IMG/VR virus record: IMGVR_UViG_3300020196_000021
Location: 1 to 64,000 of that record
Length of the DNA stretch: 64,000 nucleotides
DNA from: a virus
Reading direction: 5' to 3' (one strand)
Under the pieces are notes generated by a model. It ran no database searches. It saw only the letters and a program-made list of their open reading frames with translations, and was not told where the DNA came from. Position 1 is the first letter of the stretch. Each line of letters starts with the position of its first letter. Made by a program: the position numbers and the translations under genes. This document shows positions 19,561-28,573 of the stretch, in pieces.

Positions 19561-19713
19561 TCAACGCTCCCATTTTTCAGCAGGACACGCAAGTGGCATC
19601 AAAACTTTTAATGGCATAAAACATCCACACAATTTGCATTGTTGTGTGGATGATCTAAAATGCTCACATTCGCGGCACAATTCTAATTTCTGTTCAGGTG
19701 TCAATGGTTCCAT
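19561..19713 (-). CDS. Small Cys-rich putative metal-binding protein, 50 aa (DUF6171-like; below the track cutoff)
   Basis: MEPLTPEQKLELCRECEHFRSSTQQCKLCGCFMPLKVLMPLACPAEKWER. It fills the gap exactly, up to the gp17 ATG. Confidence 0.8.
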   Translation of the reverse strand: MEPLTPEQKLELCRECEHFRSSTQQCKLCGCFMPLKVLMPLACPAEKWER

Positions 19714-19716
19714 TAA

Positions 19717-19998
19717 TTAGCAATTCCAAGCTCTCAATGATTTATTTATTCTTGAATCTGGGTCTCGTGCAGTTTTCTTAGAAGTTAATTTCTTCTTCAT
19801 GCCCTTCATTCTTGCACAAAATGACGACCTACGGGGATTTCCAACCTTTTTTGAAGGTGCCTTAAGGTCGCTTCCAGGATTCTCACGTTCGTAAGATTTT
19901 CTTCCCTTCTCATTGAGTCCACCTTTTTTATTTTGACCCTCCTTACGAGTCCATGCTGATTCTTCTAATTGCTCAGAAAACTCTTTAAATGTTTTCAT
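19717..19998 (-). CDS. Basic protein with an MKTFKEF leader (candidate internal head protein)
   Basis: The N-terminus resembles the T4 capsid-targeting sequence. The Lys/Arg-rich body ends in DPDSRINKSLRAWNC. Confidence 0.75.
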   Translation of the reverse strand: MKTFKEFSEQLEESAWTRKEGQNKKGGLNEKGRKSYERENPGSDLKAPSKKVGNPRRSSFCARMKGMKKKLTSKKTARDPDSRINKSLRAWNC

Positions 19999-20019
19999 GT
20001 TAGGTTTTAGATTAAGTTA

Positions 20020-20265
20020 TTAGTTTGAATACGCAACTTTAACTGCTTTAAATCCTGCACCACCTTCAAGTGTATCCGTTGGATCCTTCTCAACAAAAGC
20101 AATTTCATTTGCTGCCATTGTAAAACTACCAACTGTAACACCATCAATATCTTTACGAGTTACTAATGCTGCAGTGCTAGTATTGATAACTCTAACAACA
20201 GTTGCTAAACTAACGTTAGTTGCTGATGTTAAAGTGGTTTCTGTAGCTAATACTTTAAGTGCCAT
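20020..20265 (-). CDS. Small beta-rich hypothetical (probably virion) protein
   Basis: 81 aa, rich in Thr, Val and Ala, with a late promoter upstream. Confidence 0.7.
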   Translation of the reverse strand: MALKVLATETTLTSATNVSLATVVRVINTSTAALVTRKDIDGVTVGSFTMAANEIAFVEKDPTDTLEGGAGFKAVKVAYSN

Positions 20266-20283
20266 AGTACTTCTTTTTATTGA

Positions 20284-20706
20284 TTATTTATTATCTATCA
20301 AACCTTGCTTAATTAATTTTGAGAGTTCTGCTGTTGAACCAACAAATAATGCATTGTTATTAGTTACATTTTGTTTTGATTTTGGTCCCTCTTCAAGATC
20401 TTGCATTTTCTTTTGAAGGTCAATTAATTTATCTGTAGCGTCTGAGACGCTTTTAATTAATTGACCAGCAACCTCATATGCTCTGGGGTGATCAGAGGCA
20501 CCAGCAACTTCTAAGATGCCATCCAAAGCCTCTTGACCTTTATCTATAATATTATATAATTGCGCTCTAGAATATTCATAATCTTTTTTAATATCTTTTT
20601 CAATATCAATATCAATATTTTTTTGTTTTTTCTTTTCGGGTGTTACTGAAATTAATTCAGTAGCAACATCTAGAGCTTGCTCAATACCATCAAATTGTTC
20701 TTTCAT
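20284..20706 (-). CDS. gp16: Terminase small subunit gp16
   Basis: DYEYSRAQL, SDHPRAYEVAGQLIK and NNALFVGSTAEL. Confidence 0.95.
   Translation of the reverse strand: MKEQFDGIEQALDVATELISVTPEKKKQKNIDIDIEKDIKKDYEYSRAQLYNIIDKGQEALDGILEVAGASDHPRAYEVAGQLIKSVSDATDKLIDLQKKMQDLEEGPKSKQNVTNNNALFVGSTAELSKLIKQGLIDNK
20285..20291 (-). promoter_or_regulatory. Late promoter for the gp16-gp17 island and gp17
   Basis: ATAAATA at the end of gp16. Confidence 0.6.
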
Positions 20707-20708
20707 GT

Positions 20709-21509
20709 TTATGAGTAGTACGCAACCGTTTCATTAAACCCAAAATCATCATCTGCAGTTAACAAGGAATCATCAATGGCATTGATTACCCCATCATTAT
20801 TAATATCAGTAAGTGCTTTTGGAGTTACTTCATATTGACGATGCCTGCTTGGAATAGTGCGATCAGTATTTGCATACTCTTTTACTATTGCTTTTTTGAT
20901 TTCGCCAACATCAGTGCTAGGACCATAGATATAAGTTTTAATAGAGAATCTTAGTGTATATGTAATAATTCTTCTATCTTCAAAATCTCCTTCATACTTA
21001 TCACTAAAATCAATAGTTGTTAAAACAATTGGAACATCTTTTACAATTAATGCATCTTCAACAAGTTTAATACTTATGTTGAATGATGGTTGAAAAAATG
21101 GTACAATTTGCTCTATGATTTGAAGAGCATCGTCTTGAGTCCTACTTAAGATGTTTAATTCAAATTCCAAATTATATGGAACTGGTACATAAGTTTTTTT
21201 TACACCTTCGTTATCTGCATTTGAAAGACAGTATTGAACAGGACTTTGCTTTCTAGAAGGATCATAAGACATTCCCACCATTTCAAATGATAACCTTGGC
21301 AGGGTTATGGCATTTGATCTACCCAATTCTGGTTGTTCCGTCAAACGTGCAAGGAACTTCTCTCTAGGACCATATGCCAGAGGAACCTTCATTCTCTGAT
21401 AAGTAGATCCATCTTCATTAACTTTTCTAATTTCTATATTATTAAAAAGTGTGCCGAAACCAACGACACACTTTCTTATAATTTGGTTATAACTGTAATT
21501 ACCTAACAT
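20709..21509 (-). CDS. gp15: Tail sheath stabilizer gp15
   Basis: FGTLFNNI, KVPLAYGPREKFLAR, LPRLSFE and QIIEQIVPFFQP. Confidence 0.96.
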   Translation of the reverse strand: MLGNYSYNQIIRKCVVGFGTLFNNIEIRKVNEDGSTYQRMKVPLAYGPREKFLARLTEQPELGRSNAITLPRLSFEMVGMSYDPSRKQSPVQYCLSNADNEGVKKTYVPVPYNLEFELNILSRTQDDALQIIEQIVPFFQPSFNISIKLVEDALIVKDVPIVLTTIDFSDKYEGDFEDRRIITYTLRFSIKTYIYGPSTDVGEIKKAIVKEYANTDRTIPSRHRQYEVTPKALTDINNDGVINAIDDSLLTADDDFGFNETVAYYS

Positions 21510-21511
21510 GA

Positions 21512-22384
21512 TTATACATTCCTATTTCCGTATTCTCCAAATGGATTTGTTTCAGTGAAATCTAAAATATTATCACCTGTATTTTCAACTTTGATGTTGT
21601 CAGCGTAGGTATCCTTAATATCTAGTTCATCAAAACCAGTAATATTTATAGTAAATCCACTTTGTAATCCTGTAAGAGTTTCATTCTTAACAAATTCACC
21701 GTCAAAGGATCTTAATTCCACATAAGGTGGATTGTTATTAAAGTTGATTTTATTTATTCTTGCTTTAGATCCTGATGTAGATCCAACAACTTCTTCCCCA
21801 ATTTCTGGGGAACCATTTAATTGATTATAGTAATACTTAATGATAAAACCTTCATCAACTTGAGTATCAAATATTCCTTCATTTGGAACTTCATCTCTAT
21901 ATTCATAAAGTTCACATTTTAATTTATACGTATATAATTTACCAAATTGGTAAAATGGATCTTCATGCTCAACAAATTTAATTTCAAAAAAATTATCTGT
22001 CAAAGGAAAATGAATAATATCTCCTTCTTGTGGTCTATCTCCAACAAGCACTCCTTCAATATTTGCCATTGACATAGTAACAAAATCTTCAAATCTCTGT
22101 CTTGAAATTACCAGAGTAATTTCATCCGTTGATCTAATACCAAATTTTGTCAGAAGGTCACCCTGTCCTTGAAATCCATCAAAATTTTCCATGTATGCTT
22201 CTATCAAATATGCATCTGAAAATTGAGATGCGATAACTTCATTTAAGATATCATCTTTGTTTATAATTTGTCTTGGAATATAATGTATATCTAAACCAAA
22301 CATTTTAATGTATTCATCAACCAAAGATTGATTAAGAAACTGTTCGTTTCTAGTACCGTGAGTAAAGTAAGTAGATCTAGGCAT
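21512..22384 (-). CDS. gp14: Neck protein gp14
   Basis: YIPR, LTKFG, RPQEGDII and FEIKFVEHEDPFYQFGK. Confidence 0.95.
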   Translation of the reverse strand: MPRSTYFTHGTRNEQFLNQSLVDEYIKMFGLDIHYIPRQIINKDDILNEVIASQFSDAYLIEAYMENFDGFQGQGDLLTKFGIRSTDEITLVISRQRFEDFVTMSMANIEGVLVGDRPQEGDIIHFPLTDNFFEIKFVEHEDPFYQFGKLYTYKLKCELYEYRDEVPNEGIFDTQVDEGFIIKYYYNQLNGSPEIGEEVVGSTSGSKARINKINFNNNPPYVELRSFDGEFVKNETLTGLQSGFTINITGFDELDIKDTYADNIKVENTGDNILDFTETNPFGEYGNRNV

Positions 22385-22386
22385 AA

Positions 22387-23190
22387 TTACCCTATCATAT
22401 CTAATGCTGGAAGTTCATAAGAAGAACGCATTTCAATTTCTATTTTTTCTACCTCAGCAATAGCATCATCATATAATTGTCTTCCATTCATAGTAATGCC
22501 ACCAGGAAGTTGTGCTCCTTGGAACTTAATTAAATTCTGACCCCATTGCCTTTTAATTAATGATGTCAAATAACGCTTTAAAAATGGATCATTATAAATC
22601 TGAGAGTTTGTTGTTGGATCTAAAACTCTATAGCAATCTATAATTACATATTCTCCTTCATCAATTTGCTTAGAATCTGTATCAATATAAAGGCGATCTC
22701 TTCTTCTATTATATCTGTAAGGAATAAAAGATCCATTATTTAAAACCATATCTAATGTTTCAAGATAAGATTTAGTCATATAATAACTTAGAATATCAAC
22801 TGATCCAAATTGATATAAATCATTTAAAAATAGTTGATACTCAAGACCAAAAAGATTACTCCTAATGTTACTTCCTTTAACACCAAAAATATTATTAATG
22901 CCAATTACATGATCAGGAACAACAATATAATTATTTCTTTCTTCCCATGTAGTTGTTCCTACCGTAGTTGTAGTGTTACTACTAGTAAATCTAGTTACAT
23001 CAGCAGCAGTGAATTGATGCTTTAAAAACATTCTTTCAATGCCATCAAAATGGCGCTCATGAAAATATTGAATAGCATCATCAATCAGATCTTCAATCTG
23101 ATCATCATCTACGTTAATTTCCAGAACTGGTTTACCTAACCTACGTAAACAATATTCTTTTAGTTGTGCTCTTGTTGATGGTTGCGCCAT
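22387..23190 (-). CDS. gp13: Neck protein gp13
   Basis: YCLRRLGKPVLEINVDDDQ and KRQWGQNLIKFQGAQLPGG. Confidence 0.96.
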   Translation of the reverse strand: MAQPSTRAQLKEYCLRRLGKPVLEINVDDDQIEDLIDDAIQYFHERHFDGIERMFLKHQFTAADVTRFTSSNTTTTVGTTTWEERNNYIVVPDHVIGINNIFGVKGSNIRSNLFGLEYQLFLNDLYQFGSVDILSYYMTKSYLETLDMVLNNGSFIPYRYNRRRDRLYIDTDSKQIDEGEYVIIDCYRVLDPTTNSQIYNDPFLKRYLTSLIKRQWGQNLIKFQGAQLPGGITMNGRQLYDDAIAEVEKIEIEMRSSYELPALDMIG

Positions 23191-23200
23191 TTATACGCAT

Positions 23201-23233
23201 AAAAAAGTCCTCTGCTTTATTTAGCAGAGGACT
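23201..23233 (-). terminator. Terminator hairpin containing a late promoter (CTAAATA, 23218-23224)
   Basis: AGTCCTCTGCT-AAATAA-AGCAGAGGACT plus a T-run, just upstream of gp13. Confidence 0.8.
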
Positions 23234-23238
23234 CATTT

Positions 23239-23433
23239 TTATTCTGCAGTTGCTACGCCTTCTGTTTCTGGCGTTGCCTCTGTTGTTTGAGTCATATTGA
23301 GTGCTTCAACTGCTCCTTGCAATCTAAAATATTGCTCTTTTTTTGAATTAATTTGAGAATCAAGATCACGAATTTCTTCAACGATCTTCTTCAGTTGCTC
23401 TTGAAAATCAGCAATCATTTGTTCAGTAGTCAT
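23239..23433 (-). CDS. Small coiled-coil hypothetical protein
   Basis: 64 aa ending in RLQGAVEAL and an acidic tail. A late promoter ATAAATA lies at 23463-23469. Confidence 0.75.
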   Translation of the reverse strand: MTTEQMIADFQEQLKKIVEEIRDLDSQINSKKEQYFRLQGAVEALNMTQTTEATPETEGVATAE

Positions 23434-23465
23434 AGTAGATAATTAAAAAATTACGACGCTACTAT

Positions 23466-23852
23466 TTATGGGATTATATTTGATACTTCTTCTCTAATTG
23501 GGTTCGGTTGATTTGACCATTCTCTTACTCTATCAATAAATTCATACATATCATTTATTTTATCTTGATCACCAGAATTTAAAATATTATTTTGTTTCCA
23601 TAATGGATAAAATTTTGTAATTTGATCAAATGCAAATTGATTTATTTCATCTTGAGTATATTCATATGAAAAATTTTTTCTATAATTTTCCTCAGGTTCT
23701 TCTACATTTTCAATATTGCCTGATTGTATTGCTGCATGTTTGACAGAGAAAGAAGATACTAATTCAAAAGTATCTTTACCTCCCATCATATCAAATTGAG
23801 ATACTGTACCGTTAAATTCTACTACTTGGGTATCTAAATTAATTACTTTCAT
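23466..23852 (-). CDS. Hypothetical protein, possible tail fibre assembly chaperone
   Basis: Acidic 128-aa protein with ITKFYPLWKQNN, downstream of fibre genes and with a GAGG RBS. Confidence 0.55.
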   Translation of the reverse strand: MKVINLDTQVVEFNGTVSQFDMMGGKDTFELVSSFSVKHAAIQSGNIENVEEPEENYRKNFSYEYTQDEINQFAFDQITKFYPLWKQNNILNSGDQDKINDMYEFIDRVREWSNQPNPIREEVSNIIP

Positions 23853-23861
23853 TTCATTACC

Positions 23862-24557
23862 TCAAACTCTTCTATCTACGACACCATGATGATAAATTGC
23901 TAATTCATTTACATGAATTCTAACTGGTCCTAAATTTATAATTCTAATATATGCTACACCAATTCCCATACCAAAATCTGCACCTTTTGATAATTCTAGA
24001 TAATCATCATAGTTTGTGATTCCCCATGATTGACCCCTTATAGCATAATTTTGAAATCTTTGCTCATTATTCCAAACCCTAGGTTCAGAATAGTTTGGAG
24101 TTGGTGAACCAGTAGTTTGAAACTGGTGATAGGCACCAAAATAATTTTGCAAGATTGCAATTCTTGTTGTCGGTGGGTTTGAATATGGGTGCGGGGCATC
24201 GCCAACATGAATATTTGCGTAAAACGAAATCATATTTGCATTATTTTGAAAACTAGTTTCATATAGATCACCTTGATTTCCATTAGGCATATTGTCAGTT
24301 TCTCCAGAAGCTACTCTTGAGAACCAAGCTTGCTGTCCAGCACGAGTTAATGTAAAATCTGCATAAGAAGTTCCACTACCACCTGCAGTTCCTGGACTAT
24401 AATCACCAGAAGTGGTAAATCTCCAAGATCTACCTGGATCAGTAGAAAATCTTGGTTCTAAAGTAGTATATCCAGATGCTGGAGCAGATAATTGTAAAAA
24501 ACAATCTTCGACAGCAAATCCAAGTTGTTGTTTTCCTGTATAAGATCTAAGAGCCAT
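23862..24557 (-). CDS. Hypothetical beta-rich protein (possible fibre tip/adhesin)
   Basis: 231 aa, rich in Gly, Asn and aromatic residues, directly after a short fibre gene. Confidence 0.6.
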   Translation of the reverse strand: MALRSYTGKQQLGFAVEDCFLQLSAPASGYTTLEPRFSTDPGRSWRFTTSGDYSPGTAGGSGTSYADFTLTRAGQQAWFSRVASGETDNMPNGNQGDLYETSFQNNANMISFYANIHVGDAPHPYSNPPTTRIAILQNYFGAYHQFQTTGSPTPNYSEPRVWNNEQRFQNYAIRGQSWGITNYDDYLELSKGADFGMGIGVAYIRIINLGPVRIHVNELAIYHHGVVDRRV

Positions 24558-24559
24558 GT

Positions 24560-25711
24560 TTATTTAACTTCCTGTAATAACATTTTGTATTTTTTTCCAT
24601 TCCTATTATTTATCATGTAGATAGTATCTTCTCCTTCTTGAAGTGTCCAATCACCCCAAGTACCATCTACATTATTTTTTGATCCCTCATTTGACATGTG
24701 AAGGTCTGCAGTAAATATATTTCTCACCCTAAATGATGCAGATCCAATATCATATGCAGCATTTGCTTGAGGAATCATATGTCCTGAAGAATCCATTACC
24801 CATCTTTCTGTTGCTCTAGAGTTATTTGAATTGCCAGTTGCTCCAGTGTAAAATCTAATTACAGTGCCTTCAGTTAAATTCCATCCACCACCACCAATAT
24901 AAACATTATTTACTCCACCAGATCCCCATAATCCAAAACCAACCCAAGGAAGTGTAGATGGATTCTCTGCCATTGCTGTAATTGCTGCACCTCTAGAAGC
25001 AGTACTAGCAGAAGTTGTGTTAGTAATCATGAGAGCATTATAACTTCCTTGTGAAATAGAACTATTTAAATTTAAAGTTGCGGCGCATTGGTAGTAATTA
25101 ACTCCAGGATCTACGCCAATACCCACAGTACCATCACGACCACCACTTCCATTACCCCCACATATTACCATTTTACGAGATTCTGCATTTCCACTTCTGG
25201 TGTAAAATCCAAAATGAGGAGATCCAGAATTAGTATATTCTAATCTTATTGAACCAAGAGAAACTAATCCATCTGCTTGCTGCTTAAAAGTTATACCTCC
25301 ATAATTTCCATCACTGATTCCATGATTTGATCTAACCTCAATATCGTATCTGGTTATATTTTGAGTTCTTCCAATAATAACTGGTGCATCAGCAGAATCA
25401 ATATTTGTTAAAGTTTTTGATCCAGGACCTAAAACCGTTGTTCCAAAATAGGGATTTAGATATGTTAATCCTTGAGCAGTAAAATCTATTCCAGGAACAC
25501 CAGAAATATCATTAACTGAAAAAATAGATCCAGATGATAAATTATTATTAATTGAAAATAATTGTCCAGCAGATCCTTCAAAAGATAAGGTATTATCATC
25601 AAGAACTCTTAATCTTATTGGATTATTATTAAATCCTTTAAAATTAATTTCTGGTAAATTTGCCGTATCTTTGGCTGGTGTTATAAGAATGTCCTTATCG
25701 GAATTCGCCAT
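24560..25711 (-). CDS. Short tail-fibre-like protein
   Basis: C-terminal YDIGSASFRVRNIFTADLHMSNEG...NNVDGTWGDWTLQEGE...NRNGKKY module, typical of cyanophage fibres. A late promoter lies at 25735-25741. Confidence 0.75.
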   Translation of the reverse strand: MANSDKDILITPAKDTANLPEINFKGFNNNPIRLRVLDDNTLSFEGSAGQLFSINNNLSSGSIFSVNDISGVPGIDFTAQGLTYLNPYFGTTVLGPGSKTLTNIDSADAPVIIGRTQNITRYDIEVRSNHGISDGNYGGITFKQQADGLVSLGSIRLEYTNSGSPHFGFYTRSGNAESRKMVICGGNGSGGRDGTVGIGVDPGVNYYQCAATLNLNSSISQGSYNALMITNTTSASTASRGAAITAMAENPSTLPWVGFGLWGSGGVNNVYIGGGGWNLTEGTVIRFYTGATGNSNNSRATERWVMDSSGHMIPQANAAYDIGSASFRVRNIFTADLHMSNEGSKNNVDGTWGDWTLQEGEDTIYMINNRNGKKYKMLLQEVK

Positions 25712-25752
25712 TTTACTATATGCCCTTTACTGAATATTTATGTTTTAAAATG

Positions 25753-26601
25753 CTATTTACCAAACCTTACTTTTAAATTATTATAATTTTGATTAATTTC
25801 ACCAGCAGATAATTGTTTATGATAAGCCATAATTACTGCTATCGATCCATTATAAACACTGCCACCCGATCCGTTAGTTCCTGCACCATATCCAGATGAA
25901 TTGCAAGGACCCCATCTTGATCCTAAACTATATAACGGACCATTGACATCACCAACTAAAGTCACATTTTTATCTAGCACGTTATCAATATAAATTTTCA
26001 TATTAGTTCCAGATTTTGCCCACACAATATTATGCCATTGATTATCATTTATAGATCCGTTACTATCTAAGATTTGCCATGGGGCAGTATAGTACCAATA
26101 TCTTGCTTTTCCTGCTCCAATACCATATGATAAATTAACTGGACCTCCATTACAATGAGACCAAACACCTAAATCTCCACCACTTTGTGTTTTAATCCAA
26201 ATTGATACTGTTATATTTGATCCAGGATAAAATGGATCATAATTAGATGGATATTGATATGCACCTGTTGTTACGTGTGGTGCAGTTGCAGCAATTCCAT
26301 GCAAAATTCCAAAATCATTAGAACCATCAAATACAAAAGAACCTCCAGAATCTTCAGAAAAAGTTGGTGCTGCTGAAGCTACTTCTCCATAAGATCCAAA
26401 ACCATTTGCTTTCAATGAGAATTTTTTATTTTCAGAACTTCCACTTAAATCATTCCAAAATACTTCATTGTTAGTAGAATTATACGAGATAGATCTTCCA
26501 GTATCAAAATATAACTTTAATTGATCTATAACTAATCCACTAATGTTTATAACATTTAATTTATATTGTGTTTTATTATCTGGTCCTGCTGAACATCCCA
26601 T
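25753..26601 (-). CDS. LamG/ConA-like lectin domain protein
   Basis: LYFDTG..SY...WNDLSG, FVFDGSND, ITVSIWIK, QWHNIV and LSAGEINQNY. Confidence 0.85.
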   Translation of the reverse strand: MGCSAGPDNKTQYKLNVINISGLVIDQLKLYFDTGRSISYNSTNNEVFWNDLSGSSENKKFSLKANGFGSYGEVASAAPTFSEDSGGSFVFDGSNDFGILHGIAATAPHVTTGAYQYPSNYDPFYPGSNITVSIWIKTQSGGDLGVWSHCNGGPVNLSYGIGAGKARYWYYTAPWQILDSNGSINDNQWHNIVWAKSGTNMKIYIDNVLDKNVTLVGDVNGPLYSLGSRWGPCNSSGYGAGTNGSGGSVYNGSIAVIMAYHKQLSAGEINQNYNNLKVRFGK

Positions 26602-27302
26602 TAGTATCCAAACCTTCCTTTGAGTGCTGTAAAGTTATTTGATATTTCTGTTTCAGTAAGAGCTCTTGAATGTGCGGTAAAAATAGCGAGTTTTCCAGTA
26701 TATATTCCACAACAAGGACTTCTTACTATTCCTGGTGTAGCATTTGAAAATGTTGTTTGTGATGCTGGAATAGAAGCAGAATTTTGAAAAACTCCATTTA
26801 GATAAAGTAAAACTGAAGCAGTTGATCTTCTATAAACAGCAACAACGTTATACCATAAACTAGAAGAAAGAGGAGACAAAAAGGGTATTCCTCCTTCTGT
26901 ATAAGTTGGACCAATCAAAAAATATATTCCATTCAATCCGACGCCAAATCTATATCCATCAGCACTCCCAGCATTTGAAAATAATCCAACTTGACCGCTA
27001 GCACTATTTGGATTTTTTATCCAACAAGATAAAGTAAAGTTGCCAGTTTGTGGGATCATATTTGAAGCAAATGTAAATCCTAATGTAGATCCCCACGATG
27101 CAGGACCAGTTGCTGAGGCAAAATTAAAACATTGTGCAACATCGGTAACAAATGGAACTGCTCCAAACATAGTTGCATTATATCTCAATCCACTTAAATC
27201 ATTCCACGTAGTTCCAGTTCCTGGATAACTGTTATAATTTCCAGCATCTAAATATAAAACTAAATTTTGAGTTAATACAGATGGTGAATGGAATAAACCC
27301 AT
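26601..27302 (-). CDS. LamG/ConA-like lectin domain protein (paralog of 25753-26601)
   Basis: LVLYLDAGN.NSYPGTGTTWNDLSG, FTLSCWIK, LYLNG and RALTETEISNNF. TAATG coupling to the next gene. Confidence 0.85.
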   Translation of the reverse strand: MGLFHSPSVLTQNLVLYLDAGNYNSYPGTGTTWNDLSGLRYNATMFGAVPFVTDVAQCFNFASATGPASWGSTLGFTFASNMIPQTGNFTLSCWIKNPNSASGQVGLFSNAGSADGYRFGVGLNGIYFLIGPTYTEGGIPFLSPLSSSLWYNVVAVYRRSTASVLLYLNGVFQNSASIPASQTTFSNATPGIVRSPCCGIYTGKLAIFTAHSRALTETEISNNFTALKGRFGY

Positions 27303-27313
27303 AATACTTTACT

Positions 27314-28279
27314 TTAAAAAATATAATCTTTTGTTATTGGATTTTCCAAAAAAATCATTCTATCAAATAATGCTTCAGGATATGGATATGTTCCTCCATC
27401 ATTTGGTAAAGCATAATTATACAAAATCATTGCTCTAATATACTTAGTTCCGTATCTAAATGGAGTACTACTATTTCTATTTTCCCCAGTAAATGTTGTG
27501 CTTAAAGTTGTCCATGGAGAAGTTGGATACGAATTATATCCAAAAGCATAACTGTAAGTTCCTCCAGCAACTCCCCTTGCTACAGGAGTTCCAACTGGAA
27601 AAGAGTATCCATAATTAGGAAAGGTAGTAGCGTCTTCTTGATATTGTCTATTTCCCCCCACATAAACACTATAATTTGGTCTCGCTAATTTCAATCTCCA
27701 TTCACTTCCACTTATTTGAGTAATTTCACTAAAAATTAATTCTCCATTTCCACCTTCATCATAAAATCCTATTCTTGTATATTTCCATGGAGCACTATAT
27801 TTTGGATGACTTGGTGGATATAATATTACGTTTTTAAAATATGTTGCTTGTTCCGCACTACCCCATCCACTATTAGAAGCAATATACACATATTGATCTC
27901 CCACATTTAATTGCCTAGTTAATGTAGTATTTCCAACATCTCCACAATTTCTTAAGTCAATAAAATTTAAATTTTCATCCCATGTTGTAAAACCAATATA
28001 TGATTGCATCAATCTTCCAACAGAACTTGGATTTAAAGTTCTTGTTCTATATGAAAGAGTATATCTTTTTGTAGTATCTACTGGTATCCATTCATTATTC
28101 CAACCAGCAGATTGCCAAGTAGAATAGCATCTTAATGAATATTTACTACCAACAATATCATCATTAGAATCTAAAGAATAAATATCACTTGCTCCTTCAG
28201 ACCATCCAGATTTACTTCCCAATTCAAAATTATAATTAGAAAAGGATCCAATATTAGTTTTTCCGTAAGCAGTAGACAT
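27314..28279 (-). CDS. Carbohydrate-binding jelly-roll-like protein
   Basis: NYNFELG...W, EWIPVDTTKRYTLS, YIGF..WD and FRYGTKYIR. Confidence 0.6.
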   Translation of the reverse strand: MSTAYGKTNIGSFSNYNFELGSKSGWSEGASDIYSLDSNDDIVGSKYSLRCYSTWQSAGWNNEWIPVDTTKRYTLSYRTRTLNPSSVGRLMQSYIGFTTWDENLNFIDLRNCGDVGNTTLTRQLNVGDQYVYIASNSGWGSAEQATYFKNVILYPPSHPKYSAPWKYTRIGFYDEGGNGELIFSEITQISGSEWRLKLARPNYSVYVGGNRQYQEDATTFPNYGYSFPVGTPVARGVAGGTYSYAFGYNSYPTSPWTTLSTTFTGENRNSSTPFRYGTKYIRAMILYNYALPNDGGTYPYPEALFDRMIFLENPITKDYIF

Positions 28280-28572
28280 TACAGTACCTTATTATAAAAT
28301 TCTATGTGGTCGTAAAATTCTTTAATGTTATTTTCTAATAATTGATCATATATTGACCAATTTGGAGATGAAAGAAATCCAACTAGTTCTTCTTTTTCAT
28401 ACTCTTTACTTTTATTTTCTAGATTGTTAATACATTCTGGCATATCACCTTCGTAAGATACTACATATCTAATATTTAAAAAATCATGTATACACTCTTG
28501 TTTTGAATTTTGATCCAAATTTGTAAAATTTAATTCTACAGTTGGATCATTGATGATTACATATTTTTTCAT
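28279..28572 (-). CDS. Small acidic hypothetical protein (fibre accessory)
   Basis: 97 aa, tightly coupled to both flanking genes. Confidence 0.65.
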   Translation of the reverse strand: MKKYVIINDPTVELNFTNLDQNSKQECIHDFLNIRYVVSYEGDMPECINNLENKSKEYEKEELVGFLSSPNWSIYDQLLENNIKEFYDHIEFYNKVL

Positions 28573-28573
28573 G

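Noticed and set aside
2845-23190. Introns, inteins or homing endonucleases in core genes
   Set aside because: gp17, gp20, gp23, uvsW, gp46 and gp47 are uninterrupted and of normal length. The gp18 insert lacks intein or endonuclease motifs.
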